From assembly GCA_026397335.1 (NCBI GenBank), contig JAPLVB010000011.1, forward strand, positions 1-46,981: a stretch of 46,981 nt of DNA, read 5' to 3'. The stretch is from Candidatus Aenigmatarchaeota archaeon. GTDB lineage: Archaea > Aenigmatarchaeota > Aenigmatarchaeia > QMZP01. A model generated the notes under the pieces. That model saw only the letters and a program-made list of their open reading frames with translations. It was not told the DNA's origin and did not search any database. Position 1 is the first letter of the stretch, and every line of letters starts with the position of its first letter. Below, one piece after another: positions 22,475-30,501 of the stretch. The position numbers were made by a program, and so were the translations under genes.

Positions 22475-24983
22475 AATCCTCTTCTTTGAGAAGCTCGTAA
22501 AGCTTTATCTGCTCCTCCTGCCATTCCTTTATGTCTTTCTTGAGGTCTGCTATTTCCTCCCGCAGTTTTGAAATCTCCGCCTTGTCGGACTGCTGTTCTT
22601 CAAGCAGCTTTCTCATCATCTCCTCTTTATCCTCAGAGAGCCTCTTCTCGAGCCTTTTATCCTCAACGTTTACGTTCTCTATCATCTTCACAACCCTTGT
22701 TAACGCAGATTCCATACCCTTCACATATTCCTGCTGGCTGGAAACCCTTTTCTCAATCTCAGTCCTGAATTCCGCATTTTTAGCCTGCTCCTTTATAAGA
22801 TTCTGAAAATCAATATGGTGCTTTTCGACTTTTGAGCCGATGGCGGAGTCAATAGCCTGCAGCTGTTTCATCCGGGTTTCCGCCCCGGAGATCCTTTTAT
22901 CAGCAGAAACTTTCGAGGAGCTGAGCGCATTAAGCTGCTTGTTAAGGGCGGATGTTACCAAAGAAGATGTCCTGAGGCTGCTTTCCATGGACTTTACTTT
23001 CTCCAATAAGGCCTTTCTCTCTGAATAAATCTGGGATTCCATTCTTCCTAACTTAACATTTAAATCCTTGGAGAAGGAGCCCGATTTCTCAAGGCCTGTT
23101 GCGAGGGAATCAATCCTTTTCAGGGCATCTGATACTTCCTCCTCGTTTTTCTCTATTTTCTCTGAAGCAGAATACTCGTGTTTCTTAATCCTGCTGTCAA
23201 GGGACTTGGTGAACTCGTTCAGCCTGGCTATTGCCTGGACGGTGTTTCTTATATTCTCTGAAAACTTTGCCCTCTGCTCTGCCAGGTTCTTCTTCTCTGC
23301 AGATACATCCCCGGAAAGCCCGGAAATCCTTTGCCATGATTTTTCAGAAAGGCCGGTTATCTTGGATGAGAGGGCTTTCTGCTCCTCCCTTATTCCCCTC
23401 TCCAAGACAATCTTCATTTCAGCAACAGCCTTTTTCTCGGAAGCCACGTGCGAGCTGACATGCGAGATTCTGTTTTCAATATGATCATAAGATTCTGAAA
23501 GTTTTGAATCAAAATTCTCCTGCGATTCCTTGATTCTCTCATTTATCAGGGATTCTACATCCGCTATATCCCGCCTCTCGCCAGCAAGACTTTCATTAAT
23601 CTTGGCTATCCTGCCTGCAAACTCCTCATAAACCGCTTTGAGCCTGGCCTCGAGAAGTTCAGCATGCCTTTTCTGGTTCAAATCAGCATGCGCTTTCAGC
23701 TGCCCTGCCTTTGAGCTTATGCTCTCCTCAGCGCTTTTCCTGATTTCAGAAATCTTTCTGTCAAATTCAGCAATCGCCTTAAGCCTTCTTTCAATAAGCT
23801 CAACCTGCTTCTGGTCGCTTATCTCAATGTGCGATTTGAGCTGTCCCACTTTATAATCTATTGCCTCTGCTGCATGCTTCCTGACACCAGCAATCTCCTT
23901 CTCAAGCCTGCTTTCACGCAGGGAAACGGTTTTTTGGGATTCAGCTATCTTCCTGCTTATCAGGGATTCTATACTTCCCATTTCCTTTCTTTCGCTGGCA
24001 AGCCTCTCATTTATCTTGGCTACCCTGGCCGCAAAATCCTCATAAACAGCTTTCATCCGCGTTTCGAACAGTTCAGCCTGCCTTTTCTGGTTCAAATCAA
24101 AATGCGCTTTCAGCTGCCCTGTCTTTGAGCTTATGCTCTCATCAGCACTCTTCCTCAGCTCAGCCAGCCTCTTCTCAAGCTTCTCATCCTCAAGATTTAT
24201 GCTGTCCAGCCTCTTTGCGATTTTGGATACAGCGGAATCCAGCTCCTTTATTGAGGCCTGGTGGCCTGAGACTCTCTTCTCGATTTCAGCCCTGGAGAAT
24301 CCTGCATTCTCAAGCTGCTTCTTGAGAGAAACGGTGTTAACCTTGAGCTGCCTGACAAAAAGCGAGGTCCGGGAAAGATTCCTCTTCAGCTCCTCATGTG
24401 ATGCAGCCAGCACATTTACCGAGTCTGTCGCGTCTTGGAGAACCTCCTCTGAGGCTTCTGATATCTTCAGGGAAAGCCTGTCCTGTGCTGTTTTCAGCTG
24501 TGTTTCAAAATGACCTTTTGTCTCAGTCAGCCTGGATTCCAGCGCTTCGTCCTCTTTGGCTTCCTTCTCCCTCAACCTCTCTATATGGCTTTTTGAGAGG
24601 CTGGTCAGTTCACTGAGCTTTTTTATAACCTTCTCAGCCTCGAGAAGCCGGTTCTTAAGCGACTCATCTCCTGAGCGGATTTTTGAGAGATAGGAAGTAT
24701 GGATTTTGAGCTCCTGCTCAATGGCGGATATCTTCCTGGTTTCGGCCTTCAGCTCCGCGATCTGGTTTTTTATGGGAGCTGTCTCCTTGTCCACAAAATC
24801 CAGGATGCGCTTTCCGGCTTCCTCATAAATGACATAGGCTTCCCCGAGCTTCTGGCCAAGGAACCTTGTCCTCTCGATTAGAAATGCGCGATCCTTCTGC
24901 AGTTGTTCTATCAATCGCTTCTGGCTGTCAGAATTCTTCTTGAGCTTTTCTATCCCGGTGCTCAGCTCATCAATCTCTTTCAT
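22473..24983 (-). CDS. 836-aa giant coiled-coil protein with internal repeats
   Basis: Uninterrupted E/K/L/S-rich heptad sequence with a 138-aa-period internal duplication. No TM, signal peptide or NTPase motif. Confidence 0.65.
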   Translation of the reverse strand: MKEIDELSTGIEKLKKNSDSQKRLIEQLQKDRAFLIERTRFLGQKLGEAYVIYEEAGKRILDFVDKETAPIKNQIAELKAETRKISAIEQELKIHTSYLSKIRSGDESLKNRLLEAEKVIKKLSELTSLSKSHIERLREKEAKEDEALESRLTETKGHFETQLKTAQDRLSLKISEASEEVLQDATDSVNVLAASHEELKRNLSRTSLFVRQLKVNTVSLKKQLENAGFSRAEIEKRVSGHQASIKELDSAVSKIAKRLDSINLEDEKLEKRLAELRKSADESISSKTGQLKAHFDLNQKRQAELFETRMKAVYEDFAARVAKINERLASERKEMGSIESLISRKIAESQKTVSLRESRLEKEIAGVRKHAAEAIDYKVGQLKSHIEISDQKQVELIERRLKAIAEFDRKISEIRKSAEESISSKAGQLKAHADLNQKRHAELLEARLKAVYEEFAGRIAKINESLAGERRDIADVESLINERIKESQENFDSKLSESYDHIENRISHVSSHVASEKKAVAEMKIVLERGIREEQKALSSKITGLSEKSWQRISGLSGDVSAEKKNLAEQRAKFSENIRNTVQAIARLNEFTKSLDSRIKKHEYSASEKIEKNEEEVSDALKRIDSLATGLEKSGSFSKDLNVKLGRMESQIYSERKALLEKVKSMESSLRTSSLVTSALNKQLNALSSSKVSADKRISGAETRMKQLQAIDSAIGSKVEKHHIDFQNLIKEQAKNAEFRTEIEKRVSSQQEYVKGMESALTRVVKMIENVNVEDKRLEKRLSEDKEEMMRKLLEEQQSDKAEISKLREEIADLKKDIKEWQEEQIKLYELLKEED

Positions 24984-26818
24984 GACTTCAGCTCCCTAAG
25001 AAGCTCGCTTACCTTCACCCTCTCCCTCTTTATCCTCTCTTCCACATGCTTCCTCTCGGTAACAGTCTGGTTCAGGACGGATTCAAGCCGGGCCTTGTCA
25101 GCCGCGTTTTGAGCTTCAAGCATGGACTGCCTCTCATTAATGGCAGCAATATCACTCTCCATTTTTTTCACCATAACGGCAAGATTCTCCTTATCCGCAA
25201 GTTTCTTGCCAACGGCTTTCATGGAAATCTCCGTTTCTGTAAGCTTGTCTCTCAGGGGTCTTATGTCAGAAATAATCTTCTGGACGGCTTCGAGATTGTC
25301 TGAAAGCTTGTCAAACCTCGATTCCGCATCCCTCAGGTTCTGCTCAAGGACTATGGTGCGCTCCCTCTCCGCGGCCATCTTGGCATCCAGGCTCTTGGTT
25401 GCAGCAGCCAGATTCTCAGACCTCTTGGCAAACACGTCTTTGAGGTCAATCACCTTGTTTATTGTGGAAAACTGGTCGCTCATCTTCCTTGAAATATCGT
25501 TTATGGATGACTCGAATGTTTTCTGCCTTTCCTTCAGGCTGGCAATCGTATCCGTGTTTTTGCCTGAGTCCTTTTTGACAGCCTGCACATCATAATAAAC
25601 CTTTCTTTCTATATCCCTGGTCCTGTCCGCAATCCATTTCCTCAGGTTCTCGGGAGCCTCCATGTCCTCTATCATTCCAAGAATCTCCCTGTCCTTCTCA
25701 ACCAAAGCCCTTGCCTTCTCATCATTAAGCATAAGGCGCTTCTCTATCTCCTGCATCCTGTTCTCAAACAGCTCATTAACAACATCCTTTACGCTGGTCT
25801 CTATCATCCTCGGAGAGGCGAACTCCTGCATTTTTGCAAGCTGGTTCTGGTACTTCTCCATCATCTTGTCCATGCGCTTGTGAATGTTCATCTTGATGAT
25901 TGCAAGCCCCCCAAGGAACTTCGCCTCCTCTTCCGCAAACTTCTTGTAAAGCTTGTCCTTCTCGAGCCTGAGCTCGTTTATCGTTTCCCGGAATTTCTTG
26001 AGCTCCCTCACTTCCCCGTCCATGAGCGAGATTCTCTTTTCAAGCTCGTTTGTTGATTCCCTGTTGGCCTTCAGGCTGTTAATTATGGGATCTATCCTCT
26101 TCCTCATCTTCCTGCTAACTGTCTCCGGAATCAGTTCCTCCATAAGCTCGTCTGCGGAGAAAACTATCTTCTTGAGCTTCTGTATGTTTTCAGCACCCAG
26201 CTTGTCATTTATTTCCCTGAACTGTAACTCAAGCGCTTTCAGCTTCTCCAGCTCCTTGAGCTTGTCCTCTGCAGAAGTAAGCCTGTATTCGACTTTCTTG
26301 CTCATGTTGCTGAGCGCCATATTAATGGAATCAATAGTTTTGCGAACGTCATTAAGCTCGCTCTCAAAATCAACCTGCTCCCCAAAAGAAGCCAGCCCCT
26401 GGGAAACCGCTCCAGGCTGTTTTGGCTGGTATAGGGGGCTGCTCAATCTCTCGTTAATCTGGGCTATCTTATCACCCAAATCCTTTATCCTTTCAAGCTC
26501 CTTGAGCTTGTCAGATATCTCCCCAAGCTTGGGGTCAAACTTTTCCTTCATCAGGATGGCTACCTGTTTCTTGACCTCGTCTTTGTCCTTACCCGAAGAT
26601 ACTGACTCCTCAAGCTTTCTTATTTTTGCATCGAATTTTTCCCCCATATCCTTCAGGGCACTCTCTACCCCTGAATCAGGCTTCTGGTCAGATAGGCTCT
26701 CTATTATTTCAGCCAAGCCCTTGCTCTTGTCAGCAAGTTCTGCCTTCTCTTTCTCCAACTGCACGATTTTTTTCCTGCTTTCTTCAAGTTCCTTGTCAAC
26801 TAGCTGGCCTTCAGCCAT
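24980..26818 (-). CDS. 612-aa giant coiled-coil protein
   Basis: Heptad-like sequence throughout. Has a 4-nt ATGA overlap with the downstream gene. Confidence 0.65.
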   Translation of the reverse strand: MAEGQLVDKELEESRKKIVQLEKEKAELADKSKGLAEIIESLSDQKPDSGVESALKDMGEKFDAKIRKLEESVSSGKDKDEVKKQVAILMKEKFDPKLGEISDKLKELERIKDLGDKIAQINERLSSPLYQPKQPGAVSQGLASFGEQVDFESELNDVRKTIDSINMALSNMSKKVEYRLTSAEDKLKELEKLKALELQFREINDKLGAENIQKLKKIVFSADELMEELIPETVSRKMRKRIDPIINSLKANRESTNELEKRISLMDGEVRELKKFRETINELRLEKDKLYKKFAEEEAKFLGGLAIIKMNIHKRMDKMMEKYQNQLAKMQEFASPRMIETSVKDVVNELFENRMQEIEKRLMLNDEKARALVEKDREILGMIEDMEAPENLRKWIADRTRDIERKVYYDVQAVKKDSGKNTDTIASLKERQKTFESSINDISRKMSDQFSTINKVIDLKDVFAKRSENLAAATKSLDAKMAAERERTIVLEQNLRDAESRFDKLSDNLEAVQKIISDIRPLRDKLTETEISMKAVGKKLADKENLAVMVKKMESDIAAINERQSMLEAQNAADKARLESVLNQTVTERKHVEERIKRERVKVSELLRELKS

Positions 26819-26820
26819 AA

Positions 26821-27144
26821 TCAGTCACCCAGCCCCTTTATGAGCTTCTCTATAACAGCCTCCTGCCTCTCTATACTTGCCTGTATCTCCTTCATTTTGT
26901 AGTCCATATCGCTCATTCTCAATTTGGATTCAGAATCTGTTGTACCTTTATTCAATTCTTTAGTCATTTCCGGCATGCTTAGTGAAGGAAGAAACCTGTA
27001 GTAATGCATGCGTTCCTGGTAAACCTGGTTTATTTTAAAGAACTCATACGTCAGGAAACATACAGAGCCTACCAGAACTATGAGGAGAGCAAGTTCTAGC
27101 ATAATAAAATATTGAAATCCATGTTTATTAATGAATTTGTACAA
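26821..27144 (-). CDS. 107-aa membrane-anchored coiled-coil protein (first gene of the operon)
   Basis: One TM helix (LELALLIVLVGSVCFLTYEFF), then a helical tail. The start could be the TTG at 27144 or the ATG at 27102. Confidence 0.5.
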   Translation of the reverse strand: MYKFINKHGFQYFIMLELALLIVLVGSVCFLTYEFFKINQVYQERMHYYRFLPSLSMPEMTKELNKGTTDSESKLRMSDMDYKMKEIQASIERQEAVIEKLIKGLGD

Positions 27145-27288
27145 CTATAATAGTATAGAAGTATTAAAAAAATGGCCTGAAAAAAACCGCGCCAAAATAA
27201 TGTGCCAGAACGAAATCGAGGGGGGTCGCCACGACTATGACCCCTTTCGGGAAAAATTATAGTATGGCCATATAACTGAAGCTAGAAA

Positions 27289-27945
27289 GTGAGACGCATG
27301 ACGAAACTGACTGACTATAAGAATTTCTGGATGATTTGGCTGAGTGCCGCAGGAAGGCCACAAGGTGTATCGCTTTTTTCCATCCAGAATGACTGGAACA
27401 TAAAGACAAACTACCTTTATCATGAAGAGACTGGAATTGGCAAGCCTTTATACGCAGCTATGATTAGAGAAGGGTTTCTTGAAAAACAGGGAAAAAAGCT
27501 CAAGGCCAAGTTTGGTTGGATTCCAGATTTTGTTAAAGAAAAATACCAACCTTTGGGGCATGTGGACTACTGGATCCCATACACAATTATAAGTACAAAA
27601 TGGCCCCAGATCCAGGCTTTCATAGAGAAGAACGCGCATACCTTGTTTGACATAAATAACATAAGGATTCTCTACAGGAATAACAAGAACATACTCGGGA
27701 ATTCGGGCCAGCACATATTCACTGACGTATTCATTTATGTGCTTTTCAATAATATCACCATATTCTGCAAGAAGTACAAGGCGGAGATAGTCCTGCGCAT
27801 TCTCCTGACGACTTTCTCAGTCTTCACAGACCGGGATATCATGAACTATATGCGGCATCTCAATACCCAGCTCAGCAAGGAAGTGCCCCTGATAATAGGG
27901 GATGAGGCTGAAATGAATGCGCTTATGTGCCCGTTCAACTGGTGA
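27289..27945 (+). CDS. hypothetical protein (possible N-terminal winged-helix)
   Basis: 218-aa ORF, A/T-rich, no motif recognised. Confidence 0.4.
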   Translation: MRRMTKLTDYKNFWMIWLSAAGRPQGVSLFSIQNDWNIKTNYLYHEETGIGKPLYAAMIREGFLEKQGKKLKAKFGWIPDFVKEKYQPLGHVDYWIPYTIISTKWPQIQAFIEKNAHTLFDINNIRILYRNNKNILGNSGQHIFTDVFIYVLFNNITIFCKKYKAEIVLRILLTTFSVFTDRDIMNYMRHLNTQLSKEVPLIIGDEAEMNALMCPFNW

Positions 27946-28021
27946 TTCTTGGAAAGACAGCCTGTGACATTGTATAAAGCCGTCAGGTAAGGACTTTTGA
28001 AAATCTGGCCTTAAAGCCCTC

Positions 28022-28117
28022 AAAATTTGACCGAATCATTTTTATGGGAGTTCTGGAAATCTGGAATAAGCTGGTTTTAAGCAAATTCCTAATAAATTTG
28101 ACCCAGTCATTTTTTAT
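28022..28117 (+). repeat. pair of 24-25-nt direct repeats upstream of minD
   Basis: aaaatttgaccgaatcatttttat (28022-28045) and taaatttgacccagtcattttttat (28093-28117), with a 71-nt period. The second runs into the TATA-like ttttttatata. Confidence 0.6.
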
Positions 28118-28204
28118 ATACCTTCCCCTGAAATTGAGCATACAGTATCCTGGAGGTACGTTTTTATTGTTGCAGGAGAATTATAACATATAGATTATCC
28201 AATA

Positions 28205-28260
28205 GAAGGCTTGCTAACATCATTAACCATCAATCCATTAATGATGTGATACCTTCCTTC
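28205..28260. repeat. nested-hairpin element (copy I), 20 nt upstream of the minD start
   Basis: Outer stem GAAGG (28205-28209) pairs with CCTTC (28252-28256), followed by a CTTC tail. Inner stem CATCATTAA (28218-28226) pairs with TTAATGATG (28238-28246). Confidence 0.75.
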
Positions 28261-28279
28261 TAATATTCTGGGTGGCTAA

Positions 28280-29053
28280 ATGACCCGAATAATAGGCATA
28301 GTTTCTGGGAAAGGAGGGGTTGGAAAAACCACAATAGTCGCCAACCTTGGGGCAATACTTGCATCCCAGTACAAGAAGCGCGTGATAATAGTTGACTGCA
28401 ACATCACCACCTCCCACCTCGGCCTTTACCTTGGAATGTATTATCATCCTATCTCCTTGAATCAGGTATTGAGGGGAGAAGCCTCCATGGACGATGCGAT
28501 ATATGATTACACAATTCCCGGGCTCAAGATAATTCCCGCCTCCCTCTCTCTGGACGAGCTCAAGGGCGTGGATATAGGAGAGCTCAAATACAGAATAAAG
28601 GACCTTTTCGGAAAGGCCGACTTCGTTTTGTTAGATTCTGCTCCGGGACTTGGTAAGGAGGGCATGGCAACCCTGAGAGCAAGCGATGAGCTTCTCTTTG
28701 TGACAACACCTTTTGTCCCGCATGTAATTGATGTCATAAAAGCGCACCAAATCGCGAATGAGGTAGGAGCCAAGTCCTTAGGGATTGTTCTGAACATGTC
28801 CGGCGAGGGCCGCCACGAGCTCACTCCGCAGGACATAGAGAAGCTGGTTGAGATTCCTATTATCTCCATAATCCCCAGGGACAAGCACATCCTGAGAAGC
28901 CTTGCGTCCAAAATCCCAGTGGTTGACCTGAACCCGAATTCCCCGGCAAGCAGGGAGATTAAAAAACTCGCGGCTGTCATGTTAGGCGAGGAATACAAGC
29001 CCATCAGGCTCAGAAGGATGGAAAGGATAGCCAGAGCGCTCAGGATGAAGTGA
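28280..29053 (+). CDS. minD: MinD/ParA-family ATPase (archaeal MinD type)
   Basis: Deviant Walker A SGKGGVGKTT, Walker B VLLDSAPG. GGGTGG lies 5 nt upstream of the ATG. Confidence 0.85.
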   Translation: MTRIIGIVSGKGGVGKTTIVANLGAILASQYKKRVIIVDCNITTSHLGLYLGMYYHPISLNQVLRGEASMDDAIYDYTIPGLKIIPASLSLDELKGVDIGELKYRIKDLFGKADFVLLDSAPGLGKEGMATLRASDELLFVTTPFVPHVIDVIKAHQIANEVGAKSLGIVLNMSGEGRHELTPQDIEKLVEIPIISIIPRDKHILRSLASKIPVVDLNPNSPASREIKKLAAVMLGEEYKPIRLRRMERIARALRMK

Positions 29054-29151
29054 CAGGATACACAATTATTTTTGAGAATCCGGCTCCTCAAAGAGTTATG
29101 CTTTAAGAAAGCCCTATCCCCACCTTATATAACAACGGATAAAATATTATC

Positions 29152-29850
29152 ATGAGCATGCAAAAATCCCGAACGCATGTAAAACTCAAAGAGCTTCCGG
29201 AAGAGGAGCGCCCAAGGGAACGTATCATGAGATTGGGCCCCGATGCCCTCAGCAATCAGGAGCTTATAGCGGCTATACTGGGGACAGGCAACAAAAAGGA
29301 AACAGTAATTGATATCGCACGAAGGGTGTTGTCAAAACACAGCCTAGAAGATTTATCACAAGTCACAGTGACAGAGCTCAAGGGAACATTCGGCATAAAC
29401 AACGCCAAGGCCTGCCAGCTGATTGCCGCTGTCGAGCTGGGGAAAAGAACAGTGGCGCACACGGTAAAAAGAAAAAAGACAATAGAAACCGCTGCTGATG
29501 TTGCAAAAATTTTCATGCCTGGAATGAAGGGGCTCAAAAAGGAGGTTCTGAAATGCCTCTACGTGGATTCCAAACTCCACCCTCTAAATGAGGATACGGT
29601 TTCCATCGGAGGACTGAACACAAACTCCATTGACGCCTGCAACGTGTTCAGAACTGCCATTTCAGAAGGGGCCTCAGCCATAATACTGGTTCATAACCAC
29701 CCGTCAGGCGACCCGGAGCCCAGCAGGAGGGACATAGAGGCCACAAAAAGTCTTGCGAAGGCGGGGAAGCTTATAGGGATAGCGGTGCTTGACCACATAG
29801 TAATCGGCAGCAATCGGTATGCAAGCATGAAAGAAGCAGGCTTATTCTGA
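29152..29850 (+). CDS. radC: RadC-family JAB-domain protein
   Basis: N-terminal HhH-like region and the C-terminal JAMM motif LVHNHPSGDPEPSRRD. Confidence 0.85.
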   Translation: MSMQKSRTHVKLKELPEEERPRERIMRLGPDALSNQELIAAILGTGNKKETVIDIARRVLSKHSLEDLSQVTVTELKGTFGINNAKACQLIAAVELGKRTVAHTVKRKKTIETAADVAKIFMPGMKGLKKEVLKCLYVDSKLHPLNEDTVSIGGLNTNSIDACNVFRTAISEGASAIILVHNHPSGDPEPSRRDIEATKSLAKAGKLIGIAVLDHIVIGSNRYASMKEAGLF

Positions 29851-30135
29851 TTTCTCGGGCTCAAGCCTTTTTATGCCTTCGGCCAGCCTCACGACCTTTC
29901 TGCCTTTTTCAGAAATAGAGTAAATCGAGACTGACCTTCCTCCCAGCCTTTTAGCCCTTACTTTTATGAGCTCCAAAGATTCCAGCTCCCTGAGCCTTTG
30001 CACTCTCATCTTTTCCACGGTGCAGGCGTCTGACAAGGCCTTGAAGCGCTTGGGACTCTTTTCAAGGCTCATAAGCATCTCGTACGTATATTTTTTCCCA
30101 AGAAGCCTTATGATCCCCTTTTCTCCTTTGGCCAT
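29842..30135 (-). CDS. small winged-helix transcriptional regulator
   Basis: 97 aa with a YEMLMSL....RFKAL.......V..RLRELESLELI layout typical of HxlR/MarR-like wHTH proteins. Confidence 0.55.
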   Translation of the reverse strand: MAKGEKGIIRLLGKKYTYEMLMSLEKSPKRFKALSDACTVEKMRVQRLRELESLELIKVRAKRLGGRSVSIYSISEKGRKVVRLAEGIKRLEPEKSE

Positions 30136-30234
30136 TTTTAAGTTTGAATAATTAGTTCCTTATGCGTTTTTGAACCAATATGGTATAATACTTACAAAAA
30201 GTAAAGTTTATTAACAGATATTCCAATTAAAATT

Positions 30235-30333
30235 ATGGACACCAAAACCCTGCTTCTGAAGAGGATATTGAAGGAAATCACGGCCATAAGGAAGGAACTA
30301 GAAAAACAACGAGGAAACAGGATGCGGTATTGA
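30235..30333 (+). CDS. 32-aa micro-ORF (MDTKTLLLKRILKEITAIRKELEKQRGNRMRY), paralog of 45224-45325
   Basis: Not in the ORF track because it is under 60 aa. A TATA-like gtttattaa lies about 25 nt upstream. About 9/25 identities plus conservative changes to the second micro-ORF. Confidence 0.4.
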   Translation: MDTKTLLLKRILKEITAIRKELEKQRGNRMRY

Positions 30334-30501
30334 AAGCGCCGGATGGAAGAACCCTACGAGGCCCCTCCATAAGGAACCCGGCCTCAAAGAGAAGTACAAG
30401 GAATGACTGCCAATATCCATGTTTATACATTATTCTTGTTCTTATGCAACCAAAACCAAAATTAATATAGACAATAATGCAGGTCAGGGTGGCATGGTGG
30501 C

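Noticed and set aside
25953-26843. Long plus-strand ORFs (for example 296 aa at 25953-26843, plus 25122-25595, 24133-24513 and 23068-23484) opposite the giant coiled-coil genes
   Set aside because: They are S/L/F-rich low-complexity mirror images of GAA/AAG/CTT-rich coiled-coil codons. They have no motifs and are fully embedded antisense in much longer, coherent ORFs. The same applies to 768-1076, 1698-2198 and 1465-1845 opposite ORF 535-2256.
30334-30501. Possible frameshifted continuation of the 32-aa micro-ORF (a +2 frame is open for another ~50 codons)
   Set aside because: The continuation has no recognisable motif or slippery site. The paralogous micro-ORF at 45224-45325 also stops at 33 aa, which supports the short form.
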